A DNA stretch of 61,583 bases from Patescibacteria group bacterium UBA2196. GTDB taxonomy: Bacteria > Patescibacteriota > Patescibacteriia > UBA2196. Positions 18,112-29,071 of this stretch are shown one piece after another (position 1 is the stretch's first letter; each line of letters opens with the position of its first letter). Where the stretch lies: NCBI GenBank assembly GCA_002328025.1, contig DCVE01000010.1, positions 1-61,583 on the forward strand, written 5' to 3'. The position numbers and the translations under genes were made by a program. The notes under the pieces are model-generated. The model was not told where the DNA came from. It was given only the letters and a program-made list of their open reading frames with translations, and searched no databases.

Positions 18112-18225
18112 TTTGACTTTTTTGGCCACCTATGCTATAATTATATTGTAAGTAAAAAAAGCAAATCCTCCTAAATTAGAGAGGATTTTTAAATTTCCTT
18201 ACCACGCAAAACTTACACCAATTCT

Positions 18226-18729
18226 ATGAATTTTTATATAAAACAACTAAAAATAGCCGAAAAAGTACTTTTAGCAGCCTTATTTATTTTTGTTATTGAA
18301 TTTACATTTCCTCACGGCGTGTTGGCCTCCGAACTTTATAGAACAAGCACTGATGGTCCAGTGCAATATAGCTTAACTAGTGTCAAAAATGACACAAATA
18401 ATCTTAACCCAGCATTACCTATCAGTTTAGAAAAAAAACCACGCATTGTGCGCTATATAACCGCCACCGCCTATTCTTCCACGGTTGACCAGTGCGATGA
18501 CACGCCTTTTATCACCGCTAACGGTAATCATGTACGCGATGGTATTATCGCCGCCAACTTCTTACCTTTTGGCACCAAAGTAAAAATTCCAGAACTTTAT
18601 GGTGATAAAATATTCAGCGTTGAAGATCGTATGAATTCAAAATATCACTATCGTATTGATGTCTGGATGCCTGATCGAGAAAGTGCTGTTGTTTTTGGTT
18701 CTAAATATATAAAAATAGAAATATATTAA
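18226..18729 (+). CDS. 3D-domain (MltA/RlpA-like) secreted protein
   Basis: Signal/TM then ATAYSSTVDQCDDTPFITANG..VRDGIIAAN..FGTKV pattern. Confidence 0.6.
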   Translation: MNFYIKQLKIAEKVLLAALFIFVIEFTFPHGVLASELYRTSTDGPVQYSLTSVKNDTNNLNPALPISLEKKPRIVRYITATAYSSTVDQCDDTPFITANGNHVRDGIIAANFLPFGTKVKIPELYGDKIFSVEDRMNSKYHYRIDVWMPDRESAVVFGSKYIKIEIY

Positions 18730-18849
18730 TATATAACTCAGAATAATCTATATTATCTAAAAATCGCTTCCAAGACAAATGAAGTGATTTTTAATTTGTC
18801 AAAAACAAAAATTTTTGCTAATCTATAAGCGATGTTTACTGGATTGTCA

Positions 18850-18921
18850 GGTGTAGTAGCCAAGTGGTAAGGCAACGGTCTGCAAAACCGTTATTCGTGG
18901 GTTCGATTCCCACCTACACCT
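18850..18921 (+). tRNA. tRNA-Cys(GCA)
   Basis: Cloverleaf; anticodon loop CTGCAAA. Confidence 0.9.
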
Positions 18922-19126
18922 AATAACCCAGTAGATAAGGTTTATTAATTAAAACATACTATGTATAAAAAGAAAAAAATTGCCCAAAAAAAGCATCGCA
19001 AAAAAGCTGGTAAAAAAATAATCTGCATTCGTTACAAATAGAAATAGATTTTTAAAAATAGTATCTTTGTCAATATAATTTAAAATTTGTGCTATAATAT
19101 GGATGGAAATATTAAATTAACATTCT

Positions 19127-20161
19127 ATGAATTTAGATCAAATTTTTTCTCTCGCCATAAAAAAAAACGCTTCTGATATTCATCTTATCAGTAACTTACC
19201 ACCCGTCTTAAGAATTCAGGGTGAATTAAAACAGGTCAAAGATGCAGAAACACTGAGTTCTAAAGCAGTTGAAGATCTAATTTATAAAGTTTTAACTGCC
19301 CCGCAAAAAGAGCGTCTAAACCAGGAAAAAGAATTGGACTCTTCTTATGAAATTGGTGATGGCTCGCGCTTTAGGGTCAATTGCTATTTTGAAAAAAACA
19401 ATCTAGCTCTAGCCGCCAGAATTATTCCAGCCACAACACCCAACATGCAAGACTTAGCCATGCCCGAAATTGTCTATAATCTAACCCGCCTAAAACAGGG
19501 TTTAGTCTTAGTCACCGGCCCCACTGGTTGTGGTAAGTCAACTTCACTAGCCGCCATGATTAATCTTATTAACAGTGAACGCTCAGAAAACATTGTCACC
19601 CTAGAAGATCCTATTGAATTCATTTACGCCCCCAAAAAATCAATTATTTCACAACGTCAACTTGGGCGTGACATGTTATCTTTTGCTGAAGGTTTAAAAC
19701 ATGCCTTAAGACAAGATCCGAATGTGATTTTGGTTGGTGAAATGCGTGATCTAGAAACCATTAGTACCACCATAACCCTAGCCGAAACTGGACATTTGGT
19801 TCTTGCCACTCTACACACTCACAATGCCGGCCAAACCATTGATCGTATTATTGATATCTTCCCTCCTTATCAACAAGAACAGGTGCGTCTACAACTTTCT
19901 TTATCTTTAAAAGCTGTCATTTCCCAACATTTAATTCCTACTCTAGATGGCAAACGCATTGCAGTCAGAGAAGTCATGCTCAATAACCCAGCCATCGCCA
20001 ACTTAATTCGCGAAAACAAAATTCCTCAAATAAAATCAGTTATTCAAACTTCCGGCGAAGAAGGCATGCTAACCAACGATCAGGCTTTAAAAAAATTATT
20101 GCAGCAAGAACTCATCAGTAAAGAGGTCTATAAAAGTTTTCTTGAAGATAAAGAATACTAA
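19127..20161 (+). CDS. pilT: type IV pilus retraction ATPase PilT
   Basis: 344 aa, Walker A GPTGCGKST, EDPIEF, GEMRD, PilT-type AIANLIRE motif. Confidence 0.9.
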   Translation: MNLDQIFSLAIKKNASDIHLISNLPPVLRIQGELKQVKDAETLSSKAVEDLIYKVLTAPQKERLNQEKELDSSYEIGDGSRFRVNCYFEKNNLALAARIIPATTPNMQDLAMPEIVYNLTRLKQGLVLVTGPTGCGKSTSLAAMINLINSERSENIVTLEDPIEFIYAPKKSIISQRQLGRDMLSFAEGLKHALRQDPNVILVGEMRDLETISTTITLAETGHLVLATLHTHNAGQTIDRIIDIFPPYQQEQVRLQLSLSLKAVISQHLIPTLDGKRIAVREVMLNNPAIANLIRENKIPQIKSVIQTSGEEGMLTNDQALKKLLQQELISKEVYKSFLEDKEY

Positions 20162-20188
20162 TTTTCCACCCGCTATCGCCGCCCCCTA

Positions 20189-20260
20189 GCCCCCGTAGTG
20201 AAATGGATATCACGTTTGGCTTCGGACCAAGAATTTTAGGTTCAAATCCTGACGGGGGCA
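20189..20260 (+). tRNA. tRNA-Arg(TCG)
   Basis: Cloverleaf; anticodon loop CTTCGGA. Confidence 0.85.
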
Positions 20261-20336
20261 ATTCTTGTTAAAATCATCTATTGATTTTTTTATTTTTTAA
20301 CGTAAAATATCTTTAGTCACCTTGTTTTATATTTTT

Positions 20337-20409
20337 GCCCCGTTAGCTCAGTTGGTAGAGCAAGTGCCTCTTAAGCACGTGGTCGTAGGTTCAAATCCTA
20401 CACGGGGCA
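20337..20409 (+). tRNA. tRNA-Lys(CTT)
   Basis: Cloverleaf; anticodon loop CTCTTAA. Confidence 0.9.
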
Positions 20410-20412
20410 AAT

Positions 20413-20442
20413 AAAAAATCCCATTTTTAAGTGGGATTTTTT
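20413..20442. terminator. bidirectional intrinsic terminator
   Basis: AAAAAATCCCA-loop-TGGGATTTTTT between tRNA-Lys and the convergent HU gene. Confidence 0.7.
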
Positions 20443-20459
20443 ATTGCTTAGCTTAAATT

Positions 20460-20738
20460 TTATTTCTTCAAAGAATCCTTTAAAGTCTTACCGGCTTTAA
20501 ACTTTGGCACGGTAACAGCCTTAATTTCAATCTTCACGCTTGGATTCTGAGGGTTAACACCCATGCGTGCCGATCTGTGTTTGGCTGAAAAAGTACCAAA
20601 ACCAGTTAAAGAAACTTCTTCACCTTTTTTCAAAGTTTCAATAACCAACTCCTCAAAGGCGCTCAAAACTCTTTCCACAGAGGCTTTTTCCACTGCGAGT
20701 TTTTCAGCAATATTGCTGATGATATCTGGTTTGTTCAT
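20460..20738 (-). CDS. hup: DNA-binding protein HU
   Basis: MNKPDII..GFGTFS...R.ARMGVNPQ...I.I.A...P.FKAGK; start at internal ATG. Confidence 0.9.
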   Translation of the reverse strand: MNKPDIISNIAEKLAVEKASVERVLSAFEELVIETLKKGEEVSLTGFGTFSAKHRSARMGVNPQNPSVKIEIKAVTVPKFKAGKTLKDSLKK

Positions 20739-20848
20739 AAATTCAACTTTTTTTAGGAAATTGCTCTCCAAAAATTAGAGAGTAAATTTCATAAATTATT
20801 TTTAATCTTGCCTTTATTATAGCAGATTTGTTTTAAAATAGCCAATTT

Positions 20849-22360
20849 TTATCTAGCATACTCAATCACCCGAGTTTCACGGATAACATTAACCTTAATC
20901 TCACCCGGATATTTTAATTCCTGTTCAATCTTATTAGCAATCGCGCGAGCTAATTTCTGTGCCGCCCAATCATCAATTTTTTGTGGCTCCACAAACACGC
21001 GCACCTCACGACCAGCTTGAATGGCATACACTCGTTCCACGCCCTCAAAGGTTTTAGCCGTATCTTCTAGTTCGGATAAACGTTGAATGTAGTTTTCGTA
21101 AGTATCTTTACGCGCACCAGGACGAGCTCCGGAAATTGCATCGGCCACTTTGGCTATCACTCCCAAAAGTGATTCGGGTTGGTCTTGATGGTGCTCCAAA
21201 GAAACTCTGGCCAGCTCTTCAGATAAACCAAATTTTTTCATAATGTTATAACCAATCTCAGGATGAGTACCCTCCATTTCATGATCAACCGCTTTACCAA
21301 TATCGTGCAATAAACCAGCTTTTTTAGCTAAAGGTACATTAGCACCCAACTCTGTAGCCAACAAAGCCGACAGGTGTGCCACCTCAATTGAGTGTTGTAA
21401 AACATTTTGACCATAGGAAGTTCTAAACTTTAAGCGCCCCAAAATTTGGATTAATTTAGGATCCAAACCAGCTACGCCAACTTCATAAGCTGCATCTTCT
21501 CCTGCTTTCTTTATAACCAAAGCAATATCTTTTTTAGCCTGTTCAATGGTTTCTTCAATTCTACCTGGATGAATACGACCATCAGCAATTAATTTTTCCA
21601 ACACCACTTTTGCCACTTGCCGTCTAATAGGTGAAAAACCCGAGACAACAATGGTCTCTGGTGTATCATCAATCACAATATCAACTCCTAAAAGGTTTTC
21701 TAAGGTTTTAATGTTTCTACCCTCACGACCAATAATACGTCCCTTCATTTCATCACTTGGTAAAGTAATGGTAGAGGTAGTGGTTTCAGCCGCGTGACTG
21801 GAAGCACACCGCTCAATCACCTGACTTAGAATATGTTTAGCCTGTTGTTCTAAATCCTCTTTAGCCTGATTTTGGATTTTTCTCACCCGAGATAAAAGCT
21901 CTTCTTTTACATCTTTTTCGGTATTGTTAAGTAAAACCTGCTGGGCTTCCTCTTTTGTTAAGACAGCGATCTTTTGTAATTTCTCATACTGTTCTTCTTT
22001 AATTTTTAAAACCTCATTTTTAGCTGTTTCTAACTTTTCGCCTTTTTCCAAAAGTTGTTGTTTCTTATCTTCAAATTCCAAAATCTTTTGGTCAAAAAGA
22101 GACTCTCTTTTCTCCAATCTTTTTTGTATACCAGTCAATTCATGTCGTCGTTCCTGTTCTTCCTGTTTAGCCTCATCAATAATTTTTAACGCTTTATCCC
22201 GCGCATTAAGCAAAGTATCTTGATATTTTTGTTTGGCCTCTTCAATAATGCGTTGGGCCTTGGTATCGGCATTACGCGCCATTTGTGTCGCAATTAAACG
22301 TCGGATTAAATACCCCGCACACACACCAACCGCCAACCCTAGAAATAAATAAAAAAACAT
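20849..22360 (-). CDS. rny: ribonuclease Y
   Basis: N-terminal TM, long coiled coil, KH (GRIIGREGRNI) and HD (LLHDIGK) domains. Confidence 0.9.
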   Translation of the reverse strand: MFFYLFLGLAVGVCAGYLIRRLIATQMARNADTKAQRIIEEAKQKYQDTLLNARDKALKIIDEAKQEEQERRHELTGIQKRLEKRESLFDQKILEFEDKKQQLLEKGEKLETAKNEVLKIKEEQYEKLQKIAVLTKEEAQQVLLNNTEKDVKEELLSRVRKIQNQAKEDLEQQAKHILSQVIERCASSHAAETTTSTITLPSDEMKGRIIGREGRNIKTLENLLGVDIVIDDTPETIVVSGFSPIRRQVAKVVLEKLIADGRIHPGRIEETIEQAKKDIALVIKKAGEDAAYEVGVAGLDPKLIQILGRLKFRTSYGQNVLQHSIEVAHLSALLATELGANVPLAKKAGLLHDIGKAVDHEMEGTHPEIGYNIMKKFGLSEELARVSLEHHQDQPESLLGVIAKVADAISGARPGARKDTYENYIQRLSELEDTAKTFEGVERVYAIQAGREVRVFVEPQKIDDWAAQKLARAIANKIEQELKYPGEIKVNVIRETRVIEYAR

Positions 22361-22713
22361 AAAAACTCCCCATCAAACTATAATTCTTAAAAGAAAATTA
22401 TGGCTCAAAGAGGAGTTCTGTCGGAGTAAAAAACGTTTTATATATAAGGCCTAATTTTGGCCTGCCAAAAAACACTAAATTAAATATCTTTTAGTATTAT
22501 CTTTAAAATAAATTGTCTTTAAGATTCTAGTCACAAAAATTTATTTTAACTTTAGCCATTTTTTACTCATACCAACACCCTTGTCTTTACTACCAAGTAA
22601 TTTCCCTTTAGGATCATAAATAATTAATTTCGATACTTTAATGATAGCATACTTTTGTTTTTTTAGCAAGAACAAAACCCGCCAGCAAGCGGGTCTTATC
22701 TATATATTTTTTC

Positions 22714-23292
22714 CTATTTTTTTACTATTTTATCCACCAAACCATATTTTTTCGCTTCTTCAGCTGTCATAAAATAGTCACGATCTGAATCTTTCTCAAT
22801 TTTTTCCAATATCTGACCGGTGTGTGTAGCCAAAATATTGTTTAGTTTATCTTTAATTTTTAAAATATGTTCAGCTCGTATTTTTATATCAATCGCCTGC
22901 CCTTCTGCTCCACCCATCACCTGATGTAACATAATTTCACTATTGGGCAAAGAAAATCTTTTACCTGGTTCGCCGGCCGTCAAAAGCACCGCGCCCATAG
23001 ACGCGGCAATACCCACACAAATCGTCTGTACATTACATTTTACATATTGCATGGTGTCATAAATAGCCAAACCAGCTGTCACCGAACCACCTGGCGAATT
23101 AATGTATAGCTTAATATCTTTCTTACTGTCTTCGGATTCTAAAAAAAGAATCTGGGCAATGATGGTGTTAGCCACGTCATCAGTAATTTCACCGCCCAAA
23201 AAAATTATTCTTTCTTTCAAAAGACGCGAATAAATATCATAGGCTCGTTCACCAAAACTAGATTTTTCGATTACTGTTGGAATTAAATGCAT
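22714..23292 (-). CDS. clpP: ATP-dependent Clp protease proteolytic subunit
   Basis: IPTVIE....[26 protein letters not shown], catalytic AASMGA, MLHQ. Confidence 0.9.
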   Translation of the reverse strand: MHLIPTVIEKSSFGERAYDIYSRLLKERIIFLGGEITDDVANTIIAQILFLESEDSKKDIKLYINSPGGSVTAGLAIYDTMQYVKCNVQTICVGIAASMGAVLLTAGEPGKRFSLPNSEIMLHQVMGGAEGQAIDIKIRAEHILKIKDKLNNILATHTGQILEKIEKDSDRDYFMTAEEAKKYGLVDKIVKK

Positions 23293-23314
23293 ATAATAAT
23301 TATTAATTAATATT

Positions 23315-24277
23315 TTATTCAACCCGCCAAGTCTTATCTTCTAACTGCGCCAATCTTCCTTTAAGTATAAACCCCGAAGATTTTTCGTGTCCTCCACCAC
23401 CCAAAACTTTGGCCAATGGTTCAATGTTAATTTTTTTACTCCTTAAACTACCTTTTATATAACCATCTACTGTTTCTTTAAGTACTAAAAATATTTCACC
23501 TTCTTCTGTGTTTTTTAAAAAATTTGCTACACCGCTCGGCTCTTCTTCCTTTAAGCTAAAGTCTTCCAAATCCTGGTTAGTAATTAAAGCCGTAGCCAAT
23601 TTAAAATTATTATTAAATTTTATATTAGTCAAAATCTTACCCAAAAAATGTAACGGTTTTAATTTTTTATTTTTCAAAACCTTATTCACAATCAAATTCA
23701 AATCGGCTCCATTTTGCATCAATTCACTGGCTTGCTGTAAAACATTTTGATTGGTGGCGGCGTTAGAAAAACTTTCTGTATCACTAACCATCCCACACAG
23801 TAACATTTCTGAGATTGCCTTATCAATTTTAAAATCAATCTGTTTAAACCAATCAAAAATAATTTCTACTGTCGAGGATGCTTGTTTAATTACTAAATTT
23901 ATTTCACCAAAACCAGGATTATTAGGATGATGATCAATATTAATAATTAATGGGTGGCTATTTGTTAGTTTTAAATATTGATCTAAATTCGAACGAGCAA
24001 AATCACCACAATCCAAAACCATAATCAAATCATATTCATCAATAATTATTTTTTCAGGTTCCTTGATTATTTCTTCAAAAAAAGGCAAAAAATCAAATTC
24101 GTCTTTTATTTCTTCGTGCAATAAAATTGTAATTTTTTTTTGCTGTTGTTTTAAAAAATAAGCCATTGCCCATGTTGCTCCAATCGCATCACCATCACTG
24201 CTCACATGCGTTGTCACCAAGATATTGCTTGCCTTTTGTATCTCTCTATAAATTTTTTGGCCAATAAATGCATCCAT
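23315..24277 (-). CDS. DHH/DHHA1 phosphoesterase (NrnA-like)
   Basis: [26 protein letters not shown] motifs; downstream of rbfA. Confidence 0.75.
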   Translation of the reverse strand: MDAFIGQKIYREIQKASNILVTTHVSSDGDAIGATWAMAYFLKQQQKKITILLHEEIKDEFDFLPFFEEIIKEPEKIIIDEYDLIMVLDCGDFARSNLDQYLKLTNSHPLIINIDHHPNNPGFGEINLVIKQASSTVEIIFDWFKQIDFKIDKAISEMLLCGMVSDTESFSNAATNQNVLQQASELMQNGADLNLIVNKVLKNKKLKPLHFLGKILTNIKFNNNFKLATALITNQDLEDFSLKEEEPSGVANFLKNTEEGEIFLVLKETVDGYIKGSLRSKKINIEPLAKVLGGGGHEKSSGFILKGRLAQLEDKTWRVE

Positions 24278-24290
24278 ATTGTTTTTGACC

Positions 24291-24629
24291 TTATGACAAT
24301 ATTAACGTATCAACAGTTTTTTCAATCTTCTCTGCCAACTCTTCACTATCATCAATTCTAAATAATAGTAACGGAATTTTTCTTAATTTAATCTTTCTGT
24401 TTAAATGTTCAATCAAAACTTGGTGCATAGACTGTAAAACCTCTATCGCCAGAGTAGATTTTTCAAAAGGCCAGCAAGAAACCCAAACCTTGGCTGAACG
24501 CAAATTTGGTGCCACATCCACCCGACTAATGGTCACTAACAAATTGGCAGGAAATTCAACTTCTTCCGCAATTAATTGTGGTAAAAGCGTACTAAAAATA
24601 CTATTTAATTTTTCCTGACGATAAGGCAT
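24291..24629 (-). CDS. rbfA: ribosome-binding factor A
   Basis: 112 aa, directly downstream of infB; VTISRVDVAPNLRSAKVWVS pattern. Confidence 0.8.
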   Translation of the reverse strand: MPYRQEKLNSIFSTLLPQLIAEEVEFPANLLVTISRVDVAPNLRSAKVWVSCWPFEKSTLAIEVLQSMHQVLIEHLNRKIKLRKIPLLLFRIDDSEELAEKIEKTVDTLILS

Positions 24630-24630
24630 A

Positions 24631-26634
24631 CTATTTCTTCTCTTGTTGATAAAACTCCAAGATATCGCCTGCTTGAATATTTTTTAAACCCTTAATTTTT
24701 AAACCGCACTCCTCATCAATAACTGCCTCTGTCACAATTTGACGTCCACACCGCAATTCAGCCACCTGTCCGCTGGCCACCAGTTGATCGTTATGAAAAA
24801 CATTTACTTCTGCGTTAGCAATGATTTTACCGTCTAAAATTTTAGCACCCAAAACCTGATAATTTTTTTCTGTCATAAAAATTTTTAACACTTTAGCTTT
24901 TCCCAAATGTTTAATTATTATTTCTGGGACAACCAATTCTTCAGCTTGCTCTTTAACAAAATTTATTAAATCATAAATAACATCAAACAAACGCACCATT
25001 GTTTTATTGTTAGCGGCAGAGATGGTCGCCGATGGTGCAATCTTAACATGGAAACCAATCAAAAAAGCGTTTAAATTCATAGCCTCTTCCACATCACTTT
25101 CATTAATATTACCCAAGCCTTTTTTTATCACTTCCACCTTAACTTTTTTATACTGCACTTTTTGTAGTGCCTCCAAAATTGCTTCCACAGAACCAAAAAA
25201 ATCAGCTTTCAAAATAATATTAATTTTTTTAATATCAGTCTCCACGTCCTCTTCTTTTTTTGTTTTAGTAATCGGATTGTTCGGTTCGTTGTAAATCAAC
25301 TTATATTTTTGTTGTTCAGAAATTTTTCCCAATCGCCGAATTTCTTTTTTATCACTAACTTCACATAAAATATCACCCACCTGTGGAACTGTTTTTAAGC
25401 CCACAATTAACACCGGCATTGACGGCCCAGCTGCGGCAACAACCTCTCCGCGCCAGTTTTTTAAAGCGCGCACTTTGCTAACTGTACTACCAATCCTAAT
25501 CACATCACCAGCGTTTAAAGTGCCTGTTTGCACCAAACAAGTTGCCACCGGTCCGGCTCCCTTGTCCACCCGCGCTTCAATAATTGTTCCCACTGCCGCA
25601 CGATCGGGATTACCTTGTATTTTATCTTTTTCCATCTCATAGACTAAAAGCAAAGTTTCCAACAAACCATCAATGTTTGTTTTGTCTTTAGCCGAAACCT
25701 TAACACATATAGTTTTTCCACCCCAATCTTCTGGGGTTAAACCAATATCAGCCAACTCTGATTTAATTTTATCAATATTAATATCTGGTTTATCAACTTT
25801 ATTAATCGCTACCACCAAAGGTAGACCCGCCGAACGAATGTGCGACACTGCCTCAACGGTCTGCGGTTGTACTCCATCATCCGCCGCCACAACTAAAATT
25901 GCCAAATCAGCCACTTGTGCTCCGCGTGAACGCATAGCCGAGAAAGCCTCATGACCCGGCGTATCAATAAAAGTAATTAGCTGACTGTTCTTTTCTACCT
26001 GATAGGCGCCAATGTGTTGCGTAATTCCACCAGCTTCTTGGGCCACCACATTAGTCTCCCTAATCGCATCCAAAAGTTTGGTCTTTCCATGATCCACGTG
26101 TCCCATAATAACCACCACGGGCGGTCGCGGTTTTAATTTTTTTTGATCATCTTTAAAATACTTTTCTCGTTCCTCCTTAATCTTTTCCCAATCAATGTTT
26201 TCATCCCCAACATCTCTAGTAACCTGCCAACCTAAGTCATTAGCAATAATAGCCGCCGTCTCATAATCAATATGATCATTTAAAGAAGCCATTACACCAT
26301 TTTTCATTAATTCTAAAACCAAACGTGTAATTGGTAAATTCATTTTTTGAGCCAAATCCTTAACAATAATCATGTCACCAATAGCCAAAACACGATCTTC
26401 TGTTATGGGTTCTTTATGTACTGAGTCATTGGCGGTTAAGGTGGCGTTTTTTGCTTCTTGCTCTTCTTTTTTTCTATAAGCATTAATTTTTACAACGATT
26501 TCACTTGCCACCACATCATCAACCTTAATGGCTTTACGGCCCACATCAAAACCAAGCTGTGGCAAGAGGTCGCGCAGTTTTTCCGTTGGCATGTTAACTT
26601 GACGGGCTAATTCTGTAATATTCATAAAATTCAA
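24631..26634 (-). CDS. infB: translation initiation factor IF-2
   Basis: G-domain GHVDHGKTKLLD, DTPGHEAF, NKVD; IF-2 C-terminal domains. Confidence 0.95.
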   Translation of the reverse strand: MNFMNITELARQVNMPTEKLRDLLPQLGFDVGRKAIKVDDVVASEIVVKINAYRKKEEQEAKNATLTANDSVHKEPITEDRVLAIGDMIIVKDLAQKMNLPITRLVLELMKNGVMASLNDHIDYETAAIIANDLGWQVTRDVGDENIDWEKIKEEREKYFKDDQKKLKPRPPVVVIMGHVDHGKTKLLDAIRETNVVAQEAGGITQHIGAYQVEKNSQLITFIDTPGHEAFSAMRSRGAQVADLAILVVAADDGVQPQTVEAVSHIRSAGLPLVVAINKVDKPDINIDKIKSELADIGLTPEDWGGKTICVKVSAKDKTNIDGLLETLLLVYEMEKDKIQGNPDRAAVGTIIEARVDKGAGPVATCLVQTGTLNAGDVIRIGSTVSKVRALKNWRGEVVAAAGPSMPVLIVGLKTVPQVGDILCEVSDKKEIRRLGKISEQQKYKLIYNEPNNPITKTKKEEDVETDIKKINIILKADFFGSVEAILEALQKVQYKKVKVEVIKKGLGNINESDVEEAMNLNAFLIGFHVKIAPSATISAANNKTMVRLFDVIYDLINFVKEQAEELVVPEIIIKHLGKAKVLKIFMTEKNYQVLGAKILDGKIIANAEVNVFHNDQLVASGQVAELRCGRQIVTEAVIDEECGLKIKGLKNIQAGDILEFYQQEKK

Positions 26635-26677
26635 TTAAGTCTACCCCAAAATTCATTCTAAGTCAACTTAAAAACAG

Positions 26678-26706
26678 TTGACCTATTTTAAAAAATCAAT
26701 TATAAT
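26678..26706 (+). promoter_or_regulatory. sigma70-type promoter TTGACC-17-TATAAT
   Basis: Read directly from sequence upstream of 26742 CDS. Confidence 0.5.
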
Positions 26707-26741
26707 AATATAATTTACTAACCTTAAATGACCAGTTTTTT

Positions 26742-27896
26742 ATGCTAAATGAAACAACAACAGCAGCCAAACAGTTAATTGAAAATTCTAAAAACATTCT
26801 TATTGTTTTTAAAAAAGAATATCATCCTGATTCACTGGCTTCTGCATTGGCGCTCTATCTTTGGCTTAAAAAAAATAACAAAACCGTCACCTTGGTTTGT
26901 TCTGATTTTATAATTAAAAACCAACTCCAATTTTTACCCCACACAGATCAAGTAAAAAACAAATTAAGTAATTCACAAAAATTTATAATTAGTTTAAACC
27001 TGGCAACTAACAAAGTAGCTGAATTAAGTTATGAGGTTAAGGATGAGTGCTTAGAAATTTCTATTCTTCCGACCGCCGGTCAATTTGATCATCAAGATAT
27101 TAAAACCAGCACGACAGCCTTTAGCCACGATCTAATTATCACACTAGATACACAAAACCTTGATGCTTTGGGTAAAATTTTTATCAATCAAACAGATTTT
27201 TTTTACCAAACTCCACTAATTAATTTTGATCATTCACCTTTAAATAACAATTTTGGTCAAGTTAATGTGTTAGATTTATGCGCTGTTGCTACAGCCGAAA
27301 TAGTTTATAATTTTATTCAAACCACCGACCCGAGTGGATTAGACGAAGATATGGCCACCTGTTTACTTGCTGGTATTATGACCAAAACACAAATTTTTAA
27401 ATCCATTAACATCACCCCTCAATCTTTAAGTATAGCCTCTCAATTAATTGGCCTTGGAGCACAAAGACAAAAAATAGTCACCCACCTTTATCAATCGCAA
27501 ACTCTATCAACCCTACGTCTGTGGGGTCGTATGTTGGCCCGTCTACAACAAGATAAAAATCTTCACTTGGTGTGGTCAACTTTATCACAACAAGATTTTG
27601 TCAAATCTGGGGCTGAACCCAAAAATATTAAACAAGCTGTTGATGAGTTAATAAGCTCTATTCCTGAAGCTGCTTTAATTTTAATTATTTATGAAGATAT
27701 AAACACTGACTCCGCGCCAGGCACCATCTCTGTCACCGCCGAACTATTTGCATCGCCTGGTCGCAACGCTTTATCCATAACACATGTTTTTCATCCTCAA
27801 GGCACTGCTGCCGCCGCACATTTTATTCTTGCCAACATCACCCCACTCCAAGCTGAAAAAATAATTATAGATGAAATTAGAAGGCAAACAAATTAA
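26742..27896 (+). CDS. DHH-family-like protein with altered DHH motif (reads DHS)
   Basis: NrnA-like layout (HPDSLASALAL, INFDHSP), but the second His of DHH is replaced and there is no clear GGGH. Confidence 0.5.
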   Translation: MLNETTTAAKQLIENSKNILIVFKKEYHPDSLASALALYLWLKKNNKTVTLVCSDFIIKNQLQFLPHTDQVKNKLSNSQKFIISLNLATNKVAELSYEVKDECLEISILPTAGQFDHQDIKTSTTAFSHDLIITLDTQNLDALGKIFINQTDFFYQTPLINFDHSPLNNNFGQVNVLDLCAVATAEIVYNFIQTTDPSGLDEDMATCLLAGIMTKTQIFKSINITPQSLSIASQLIGLGAQRQKIVTHLYQSQTLSTLRLWGRMLARLQQDKNLHLVWSTLSQQDFVKSGAEPKNIKQAVDELISSIPEAALILIIYEDINTDSAPGTISVTAELFASPGRNALSITHVFHPQGTAAAAHFILANITPLQAEKIIIDEIRRQTN

Positions 27897-28018
27897 AAAA
27901 CACCACCCATAATTTGGCAATGTTTTTTGTTTACTTTCTTAAAAATCTATAAAATTTGCTGTATCTCTTGCGCAATTGCCTCCCAAAGTCCATCATTTCC
28001 TAAAATTTGGGCCTGAAA

Positions 28019-28294
28019 TTAAGCATCTCTAAAATCACTCAACGCCTCAGCCTTACATCCAGCTGCCCAATAAATACGCGCTATGCGTAAATTAAGCAAA
28101 ATTCCTGGTGCGACATCGTTTTGAGCTGAAGACTCCACCAGTTTTTGCTCTTTTTCTATCCATTCAGCCATGAGCTTTACAGTTTCTTGGTCTTCTACCC
28201 CTCGCTCACTAAGCAAACGAATCAACCTTTCTTCTTCGGTTCCTTTTTTTTCTGGTGTTATTTTTCCTATCTGCATATGTTTAAATTTTTTCAA
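28019..28294 (-). CDS. hypothetical protein (TPR-like C-terminus)
   Basis: 91-aa ORF; ARIYWAAGCKAEALSDFRDA resembles a TPR helix pair. Confidence 0.4.
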   Translation of the reverse strand: MKKFKHMQIGKITPEKKGTEEERLIRLLSERGVEDQETVKLMAEWIEKEQKLVESSAQNDVAPGILLNLRIARIYWAAGCKAEALSDFRDA

Positions 28295-28309
28295 ACTTTT
28301 TTTAAAAGC

Positions 28310-28999
28310 TTACCACTTTTTGGCCACCAAAGCTTTTTCAGCTGCATCCATTTGCGCTTCCTGTTTAGAGGTACCTTCACCTTGTGCCACCAACTCATCT
28401 TCCAAATAAACACCAATTACAAATTTTTTGGCATGATCTGGTCCTGACTCAGAAATTACCACATAGGAAGGCGTAATACCAATTTTATCCTGTGACTCTT
28501 CTTGAAAACGGGACTTAGCGTCAATATATAATTTATTGGTCAAAATATCTTCCAAATAGATTAAAACATTTTTTTGAATAAATTCTTTTACCACCTTAAA
28601 CCCCTGATCCACATAAATAGCGCCAATAATTGCCTCCATGGCATTAGCCAAAATATAACCCCTGGCTTTTGTGTTTTTATCCTTGGCTTCTCCACGTGAT
28701 AAAAAAAGAAATTCTTCAATGGCCAACTTTTTGGCCACCTCACCCAACATTTTTGCATTCACCAAAGCCGCTCGCCAGTTAGTTAAATCACCTTCAGGGT
28801 TAGTATAATTTTTATAAAGATATTCTGTTACCGCCAGCTCCAAAACCGCATCACCCAAAAACTCCAATCGTTCATTATGTTCTTTGCTAAACGCTGGGTG
28901 TTCGTTTAAATATGAACGGTGTATTAATGCTCTTTGCAAAATATCAGTTTCTTTAAACTTAACGCCCAAAATTTCTTCCAACCGTGAAATGTCTTTCAT
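28310..28999 (-). CDS. rnc: ribonuclease III
   Basis: Signature ERLEFLGDAVL, C-terminal dsRBD; start at internal ATG MKDISRLE. Confidence 0.9.
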   Translation of the reverse strand: MKDISRLEEILGVKFKETDILQRALIHRSYLNEHPAFSKEHNERLEFLGDAVLELAVTEYLYKNYTNPEGDLTNWRAALVNAKMLGEVAKKLAIEEFLFLSRGEAKDKNTKARGYILANAMEAIIGAIYVDQGFKVVKEFIQKNVLIYLEDILTNKLYIDAKSRFQEESQDKIGITPSYVVISESGPDHAKKFVIGVYLEDELVAQGEGTSKQEAQMDAAEKALVAKKW

Positions 29000-29071
29000 A
29001 ATTAAATCTATTTCAAACATTATTCTGTATTCATTAATATACAATAATGCTTAAAATTAATTATTAATTTT

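Noticed and set aside
18961-19041. 26-codon highly basic ORF MYKKKKIAQKKHRKKAGKKIICIRYK after tRNA-Cys
   Set aside because: It has no SD and does not match L36, L34 or other small ribosomal proteins. An A-rich spacer easily yields Lys runs.
22380-22713. Small minus-strand ORF (..YDPKGKLLGSKDKGVGMSKKWLKLK) in the clpP-rny spacer
   Set aside because: The only possible start is a TTG immediately after the clpP terminator, with no SD. I could not support it.
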